Assembly (NCBI GenBank): GCA_964464975.1
Contig: CAYXKV010000001.1
Span: 457 to 64,456, forward strand
Direction of reading: 5' to 3'
From: an uncultured Candidatus Saccharibacteria bacterium
GTDB lineage: Bacteria; Patescibacteriota; Minisyncoccia; Phycocordibacterales; WO2-35-19
Length of the DNA: 64,000 bases
Numbering within the stretch: position 1 is the stretch's first letter; every line of letters starts with the position of its first letter. Of the stretch, positions 58,267 to 64,000 are shown one piece after another. The notes below the pieces were generated by a model. That model had not been told where the DNA came from and ran no database searches. It saw nothing but the letters and a program-made list of their open reading frames with translations. The translations under genes were made by a program, and so were the position numbers.

Positions 58267-59655
58267 ATGGAGATAAAACTTTACAATACCCTAACTAGCA
58301 AAAAGGAGGTTTTTGAGCCTTTGGAGCCGGGAACGGTCAAGATGTACAATTGCGGACCTACGGTCTATTCAAGGCAGCATATAGGAAATCTTTCGATGTT
58401 TGTCTTTACTGATATTTTGAGACGCACTCTTAAGACGGCGGGATACAGAGTTGATCAGGTGATAAATATTACCGATTTTGGGCATCTATCCGGCGACAAC
58501 CAAGGCGACGCCGATCAAGGTGAGGACAAGATGACAAGGGGCTTGCGCGAAGAAGGCCTCGAGCCAACCCTTCCTAATATGCGCAAGCTTGCAGAAAAGT
58601 TTGCAGGCCTTTTTTTTGAGGACCTCAAAAAACTCAACATAGAAACTGATGGGGTGAGATTCCCCTATGCTTCCGACTACATCGACGACCAGATAGAGCT
58701 TATCAAGAAGCTTTTTGACAAAGGTCTCGCCTACGAAACCGAAGACGGACTTTATTTCGACACTTCCAAGTTTCCTGATTACGGAAAGCTCGGCAATATA
58801 AACCTGAAAGGACTCGAGGAGGGAGCAAGGATTTCAAGCAAGGCCAAAAGGGGTCCCACTGATTTTATTTTATGGAAGAGTGATCAAAAAACCGGCTGGC
58901 AATCGCCTTGGGGCATGGGCTTCCCGGGCTGGCACATAGAATGTTCGGCGATGATCATCAAACTGCTCGGGGAGCAGATAGATATCCACACCGGAGGTAT
59001 TGAGCACATCCCCGTTCATCACAACAACGAGATCGCTCAATCCGAATCGGCTACGGGAAAGAAACCATTCTCCCGTTTTTGGCTTCACCGCGCACACCTA
59101 AAGACCGAAGGCGCGAAAATCTCAAAGTCTGAAGGCAGAGTCTTTTACCTTGACGATTTGTCTAAGAGAGGCCTTCATCCGCTATCTTTTAGGTATCTGC
59201 TTTTAACTTCTCATTATAAAACTCCGGCAAATTTCACATACGAAGCAGTAAAGGCAAGCCAGATCGCGCTTGAAAAGTTGGTCGCTTCTATGGATAACCT
59301 GCCAGATTCGGACCAGTCGGACGAAATGGTGTTAAAAAAATTTGAGGAGCATATTTTCGACGATCTCAATACACCGCTCGCATTGGCTCTCCTTCAGGAA
59401 ACGAAGTCAAAAAGAGCCTTAAGGAAAATGGATGAAGTTTTGGGTTTCAATATAGATAACCTCTACGAGCAATTATATGAGAGTATTCCGGATGATATTT
59501 CAGAGCTCAAAAGAGAACGCGATCAAGCGAGGATAAACAAGGACTGGGCGAGAAGCGATTCCCTGCGTGAACAGATTGAAAAGCAGGGATATTTAGTTGA
59601 GGATCGTCCTTACGAAACTTATGTCCGCAGAACTTTTTCCTTGTTAGTTAAATAA
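58267..59655 (+). CDS. cysS: Cysteine--tRNA ligase
   Basis: [30 protein letters not shown]. Confidence 0.96.
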   Translation: MEIKLYNTLTSKKEVFEPLEPGTVKMYNCGPTVYSRQHIGNLSMFVFTDILRRTLKTAGYRVDQVINITDFGHLSGDNQGDADQGEDKMTRGLREEGLEPTLPNMRKLAEKFAGLFFEDLKKLNIETDGVRFPYASDYIDDQIELIKKLFDKGLAYETEDGLYFDTSKFPDYGKLGNINLKGLEEGARISSKAKRGPTDFILWKSDQKTGWQSPWGMGFPGWHIECSAMIIKLLGEQIDIHTGGIEHIPVHHNNEIAQSESATGKKPFSRFWLHRAHLKTEGAKISKSEGRVFYLDDLSKRGLHPLSFRYLLLTSHYKTPANFTYEAVKASQIALEKLVASMDNLPDSDQSDEMVLKKFEEHIFDDLNTPLALALLQETKSKRALRKMDEVLGFNIDNLYEQLYESIPDDISELKRERDQARINKDWARSDSLREQIEKQGYLVEDRPYETYVRRTFSLLVK

Positions 59656-59657
59656 AC

Positions 59658-62495
59658 CTAAATTTTTGTGACTTCTACACTGCCGCTCGGGGCTGAGAAT
59701 CTGAGTACTCCGCCCGAAGAAGACACGGCTGTGCCTTGGTAGATGCCGTCGACTTTGATGTTATAACTTGCCCCAAAATCCATACCAAAGAGGTAATGCT
59801 CCGCGACTGCTCCTGTATTCGCATTATATGCGACAGAAGCCGGAGCGCTTTGATTTTCATCGGCCCGGAGCAAAGCTACTATTTTGCTTGCACCATCGGA
59901 TACATAAGCTCCGAGCATTCCGCCTTGGCTTACTGTTAGGCTTTGAATTTCAGGAGCAGACGATACTTTATCTTTTGCCACGATCGCGTGAAGGAAGTTT
60001 TGCTCCATAGCCGCTGTCGATGCGGACGTGTCTGTATAAAACGCTCCGACTTGGGAGATGCTTGCATGCGGAAGAGTAAGGTTTGCGATCGAAGGAGAGG
60101 ACGGCTCAAGCACCTTCAAGTATGCTTTGGAATTGCCGTTTTCGACAGTAATGCTGTTACCCGAAATTGTGGGTTTCTGCGGGTAGAAGAATCTTATCTT
60201 TTTAACATGGTTTGGATCTGTGGACCTGACATGGTCGGCAACAAGGATAATATTCGGTCTCAGGAAAACATACGATCTGACGAAAGACTTGAGAGTTGTT
60301 GAGGTTGGTACGCTCGTTTTCCTGTCATAAGCTCTGGTGTAATCAGCTCGACCAAAAGCGTATTTTGCGGTAGCTTCGTATGCAAGAATATTGTCAACTC
60401 CATTGTATCCCTGTCCCCCCTTATACTGGCTGCTTGTGGGCAGATATTGGCCGAGATCGTCAAAGAACAGAGTGTTTTCTCCCTCTGAAGCTGTTATGAA
60501 GATCCCTTGCGGAGCAGAACCGTAATGCCCTCGCGGATCGTAAAGCGTAGTGCTTGGGATAAAACTCAGGCGGTGGCCGATTGAATGAACAACCAGCGGA
60601 TCTGAAGCCCTCGCCACAAATACACCTCCAGCGTCTCTCATTTGATGACCGGCTATATGAATCTTTCCGCCTATCCGAAACGAGGACCAGACCGCATCAT
60701 CTTGCCAGCTGCCGCGGGAATATACATATTCACTCCCTTGTTCTGTGCGATAGGTTAAAGGATATGTATTCCTGAAATCGGACGAGAATCTCGAGGAATC
60801 ATAATAAAGCACTTTGTCTGACACCGAAGGTTCATAATCTTTTACGGGCGCGGAAACTGCGTAAGAAGTGAGAAATTGAGCAAACGGCCCATCGAAAGTA
60901 CCTTCCAAGACATCTGCCGCAATGCCAGCAACATAAGCTGGAAAAATTCCTGAGATGCTTCCTCCCCATTCGCCGTAATCCATCACCTGCCATCTGCTCG
61001 GTTTGAGCCCGTAAGTAAGAGCTTTGGCTGTCTGCCTTGCAATTCCGGAAGAGCTCTCAAGGTCAACCCCTTTTGCTGTCTTGTACGCAAGTATAAATTT
61101 CATAAACCTACTAACACTGCTTCCATAAGCCCAGCCCTCGGGTTCATCTCCTCCATATTCAGCGCCTCCTGGTTGAAACCCGGGTTTTACAACATTGTTA
61201 AATTCGCTCATAGCCCTCGAAACAAAAATACTTCCCTGCGGGTGATCATTCTCGATAGCAAGACTTCCAAGTCCCAAAGCTCCGAAATAGCCGGCATAAA
61301 AGTTGCTGACAGCCGGACCGTCAATCTCGTATACCCTTTTGCCGTCAGCGGCATAGTTTAGGTATTCTGCTATTTGATTTGCATAGCTTACGCGCTTGGA
61401 TAAAGGCAAAAGGTTATAGAGCCAGTCATACCCAACGGACATTATCTCTCCATAAAACCTCAAAGGATATCCGTTGCTCGCATCTCCATAGCCAGCCGTA
61501 CAACCAAGCTTAAGGAATTGGAATTTTTCTCTGGTTGAACTCATGAACGGGCAAGTACCAGCCAGATCTAGTTTGTCCATTATTTCAATCGCTTTGTTCC
61601 CATATGCAGAATTCCCACTCAAGAGATAAGCGAGCGCCAGTGTTTTCAAAGGGTCAGGGTAACCCGAACCTCTATACCCCTCATTTATGGTTCCGGATGG
61701 CGTCCCCTCGTTATAACCCTTCACCGGCATGGCAAGGTATTCGTCCGCTTTGGCTTTGAGAGCAAGCCAGTCAGGATGATTAGATGTAAATTTTGTCTTC
61801 ATTTCGCCCAGCTTATCTCCTGCCGCGATAATTCTCGGGTGTGCAGATAGAGCGGGGTTAGGATCATAGACAACGACGGTGGCCTTGAGAGTCTCGTATG
61901 TTGCCTGCCCAAGAGGGCGGAAGGTCAGAGTATAAGTCTCAGTCGCCGATGGAGTAATAACTTTGCTGTCGATGAGCGAGACCGTGCCGAATTTATCGAT
62001 CAAGGGATTCTGCGAGCCATCCTTTATATACCAATACAATGTCGCCGACTCCCCCGCTTTAATATGATTAGGGTAAAAGAAAAATTCCGAATACTGCACC
62101 GAAGACGGAGGCTGGGGCGAGGTAACTGTAATCTGAGTATTTGCCTGCATCGAACCATTCGAGTTTTTGGCGGTCAAAACATAAGTCGTCGTAGTGGTTG
62201 GAGCTACGCTTACCGGAGAAACCGTAACCGGCCCCACTCCGGGATCAATAACGATAGAAGTGGCGTTGCTTACTGACCAGTAAAGCTTGGCCCCTTGTCC
62301 CTGTTCTATCTGTGTCGGGCTGGCATAAAAATTGCTGATAGTCGGCGGCTGACTCTTGGGCCCGCCTTTAGCAGCAAAAATTGCCTGCAGGCTGGCAAGA
62401 TCCCACTCCGGCGCGGCCATGTAGCCAACTGAGGTAAACAGTGCTAAGAGCACAAGCATCAGGGCTATGCCCTTTACTGTTAAAAATTCCTTCAT
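59658..62495 (-). CDS. Large secreted protein: two Ig-like repeats plus heparinase II/III-like polysaccharide lyase fold
   Basis: Signal/TM; two F...P..I..G..A.L.W repeats; HPRI, EGWAYG, RGSW, GHQMRD, RSYVFLRP..LVAD. Confidence 0.65.
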   Translation of the reverse strand: MKEFLTVKGIALMLVLLALFTSVGYMAAPEWDLASLQAIFAAKGGPKSQPPTISNFYASPTQIEQGQGAKLYWSVSNATSIVIDPGVGPVTVSPVSVAPTTTTTYVLTAKNSNGSMQANTQITVTSPQPPSSVQYSEFFFYPNHIKAGESATLYWYIKDGSQNPLIDKFGTVSLIDSKVITPSATETYTLTFRPLGQATYETLKATVVVYDPNPALSAHPRIIAAGDKLGEMKTKFTSNHPDWLALKAKADEYLAMPVKGYNEGTPSGTINEGYRGSGYPDPLKTLALAYLLSGNSAYGNKAIEIMDKLDLAGTCPFMSSTREKFQFLKLGCTAGYGDASNGYPLRFYGEIMSVGYDWLYNLLPLSKRVSYANQIAEYLNYAADGKRVYEIDGPAVSNFYAGYFGALGLGSLAIENDHPQGSIFVSRAMSEFNNVVKPGFQPGGAEYGGDEPEGWAYGSSVSRFMKFILAYKTAKGVDLESSSGIARQTAKALTYGLKPSRWQVMDYGEWGGSISGIFPAYVAGIAADVLEGTFDGPFAQFLTSYAVSAPVKDYEPSVSDKVLYYDSSRFSSDFRNTYPLTYRTEQGSEYVYSRGSWQDDAVWSSFRIGGKIHIAGHQMRDAGGVFVARASDPLVVHSIGHRLSFIPSTTLYDPRGHYGSAPQGIFITASEGENTLFFDDLGQYLPTSSQYKGGQGYNGVDNILAYEATAKYAFGRADYTRAYDRKTSVPTSTTLKSFVRSYVFLRPNIILVADHVRSTDPNHVKKIRFFYPQKPTISGNSITVENGNSKAYLKVLEPSSPSIANLTLPHASISQVGAFYTDTSASTAAMEQNFLHAIVAKDKVSSAPEIQSLTVSQGGMLGAYVSDGASKIVALLRADENQSAPASVAYNANTGAVAEHYLFGMDFGASYNIKVDGIYQGTAVSSSGGVLRFSAPSGSVEVTKI

Positions 62496-62657
62496 CTTGT
62501 TTAATTTATTGGTAATTTACTGGCTCAATTATATAACACCTCATTGCGTTCCATAAGCCATATCGTGGATAATCTTCCCTGCCCCAAAACGAAATGGTAA
62601 TATCAAAATAAGCGAAATTAGTTTAGTGGCAGAATGCGATTATTATTTAAAGAAAAC

Positions 62658-62728
62658 GCGGGTATAGTTTAGTGGCAGAATGCGACCTTCCCAAGGTTGA
62701 GACGGGGGTTCGATTCCCCCTACCCGCA
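62658..62728 (+). tRNA. tRNA-Gly (anticodon CCC)
   Basis: Acceptor GCGGGTA/TACCCGC, anticodon arm CGACC-TTCCCAA-GGTTG, T arm GGGGG-TTCGATT-CCCCC; CCA not encoded. Confidence 0.95.
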
Positions 62729-64000
62729 CATTGTAGAACTTTTTGAGTAAAATTTTTTAATATGTTCTTTGTTCGCAACATCTTTTTGAGGTTCTAACGT
62801 TTGGCGTATTTTCTTCTCTTCAGTGGACATTTTTTGAAGCACAATCAATGGCTCTTCCGTCTGGATGAAGATTTGTTTGTCTTTCAAAATATGTTCAGTC
62901 CCTAATGCTGTCAAAATTTGTCTTCTCTTTGCAATATCGCCATTTTGAAACTCCTCACGAGCCCTTTGAGCGAAAGTTAAAGTGCTTTCCAATCTGACGA
63001 GCCAGTCATCTATGCGCTTGTCGTCTCCGTTAAGCAATCCATTCAACGCTTGTTTCTTCTTAAGCAACTCCGTCTCCTTGATTTTATACATCTCATGGGA
63101 AATCCTATCTGCCAGCAAAAGCTCTGCAAATTTGTCCAGTTTTGCTACGCAATCCTCATACTGCTTCCTGTGATTGAAAATTAAGGCATTTCTATCGCCC
63201 TTCTCTCTTTCGTGTAGTAATTTCAATTCCTCAACTGCCCATTCGTGAAATTCTGGTGGAATCTGAAGTCTTGAAAGAAAGTCATCGATTTGCTTTTCCA
63301 GCACTCTAATTTCAACTGATTTTTCAACACAATTTGGATTTTTGCTCCCGCTACAACGATAGTATACATACTCGTGAACGTTGCCATTTTTTTGGTGTTT
63401 GAATTTTTGCTCTGCCGTTACGCGAGCACCACAGCCAGCACATCGCATAAGTCCCGTAAAAGAAAAAACATGAGCTTTCGGTCTCGGAATCCCTTTTCTA
63501 CCAAGAAGAAATTGAATTTTGTCATATTCACCTTTATCAATCATTGGCTTATGGCTTCCAACATACCATTCCCCACCATTTCGAGGGTACTGAAATTCTC
63601 CGTAATAAAATGGATTTGTGAAAATCGCGTAAAGATTTGTCTTTCCCATTGGTTTGCTTTTTCTTGTGCCACTCTCACGAGTGAATAAAAGCAAATCCTT
63701 TTCAGCTACTTTCAAAAGCTCTGGCACGGAATATTGACCCGTAAGCATTAAATCAAAAAGCTTTCTAACTTTAGGAAAACGCTCTGGGTCAGGAAAGATT
63801 GTTTCCATACCTTTTTCTCTAAGCTTAGAGTTCATATAACCCAACGGCGCCATACTTGGTCTAAATCCGCTTCTTGCTCTGTCTTTAAGCCCCCTCGTCA
63901 CATGCTTTGAAAGATCTCTGGAATATTGAGTTGCTACACCCCATTCAACACCAGCAATGACCGCATTATCATCTGGATACCAGTCCCTATCCGTTGCTTT
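62720..64000 (-). CDS. Large serine recombinase (integrase); 5' end outside window
   Basis: Frame open to 64000; SRDLSKHVTRG, APLGY, NPFYYG, HKPMI, CAGCG...YYRC...C zinc ribbon, coiled coil. Confidence 0.92.
   Translation of the reverse strand, partial: KATDRDWYPDDNAVIAGVEWGVATQYSRDLSKHVTRGLKDRARSGFRPSMAPLGYMNSKLREKGMETIFPDPERFPKVRKLFDLMLTGQYSVPELLKVAEKDLLLFTRESGTRKSKPMGKTNLYAIFTNPFYYGEFQYPRNGGEWYVGSHKPMIDKGEYDKIQFLLGRKGIPRPKAHVFSFTGLMRCAGCGARVTAEQKFKHQKNGNVHEYVYYRCSGSKNPNCVEKSVEIRVLEKQIDDFLSRLQIPPEFHEWAVEELKLLHEREKGDRNALIFNHRKQYEDCVAKLDKFAELLLADRISHEMYKIKETELLKKKQALNGLLNGDDKRIDDWLVRLESTLTFAQRAREEFQNGDIAKRRQILTALGTEHILKDKQIFIQTEEPLIVLQKMSTEEKKIRQTLEPQKDVANKEHIKKFYSKSSTMCG
62720..64000. mobile_element. 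Edge of an integrative element inserted at the tRNA-Gly 3' end
   Basis: Recombinase gene terminates inside the tRNA acceptor stem; sequence is visibly more AT-rich. Confidence 0.7.

Overview
Bacterial chromosomal segment whose gene content points to Patescibacteria/CPR, most likely Parcubacteria (inferred from streamlined AlaRS/AspRS/GluRS, a Nudix-inserted LeuRS, Pif1-like helicase and typical conserved hypotheticals; TGA is used as stop, so code 11). It is mostly housekeeping: six aminoacyl-tRNA synthetases, the infA-rpmJ-rpsM-rpsK-rpsD-rpoA-rplQ-rplM-rpsI cluster, grpE-dnaK-dnaJ, scpAB, mraY-ftsW-murG and a repair cluster. Mobile DNA comprises one intact IS3-family element inserted in the last codons of pepF and the edge of a serine-recombinase island at tRNA-Gly(CCC). 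The most unusual signals are: (1) a small winged-helix gene bracketed by 31-bp inverted copies of a palindrome that supply its start and stop codons, with a third solo copy 12.7 kb away; (2) several families of palindromic or heptamer repeats inserted in-frame in leuS, mnmA and alaS; (3) an unannotated, promoter-driven, highly structured RNA of about 160 nt; (4) a divergent SET-domain / PRMT-like methyltransferase pair; (5) back-to-back ECF promoters with identical boxes; (6) a structured leader on a lytic transglycosylase gene; (7) pervasive leaderless promoters. No rRNA or CRISPR array was seen. All calls come from reading the sequence and recalled family motifs; no database search was run.
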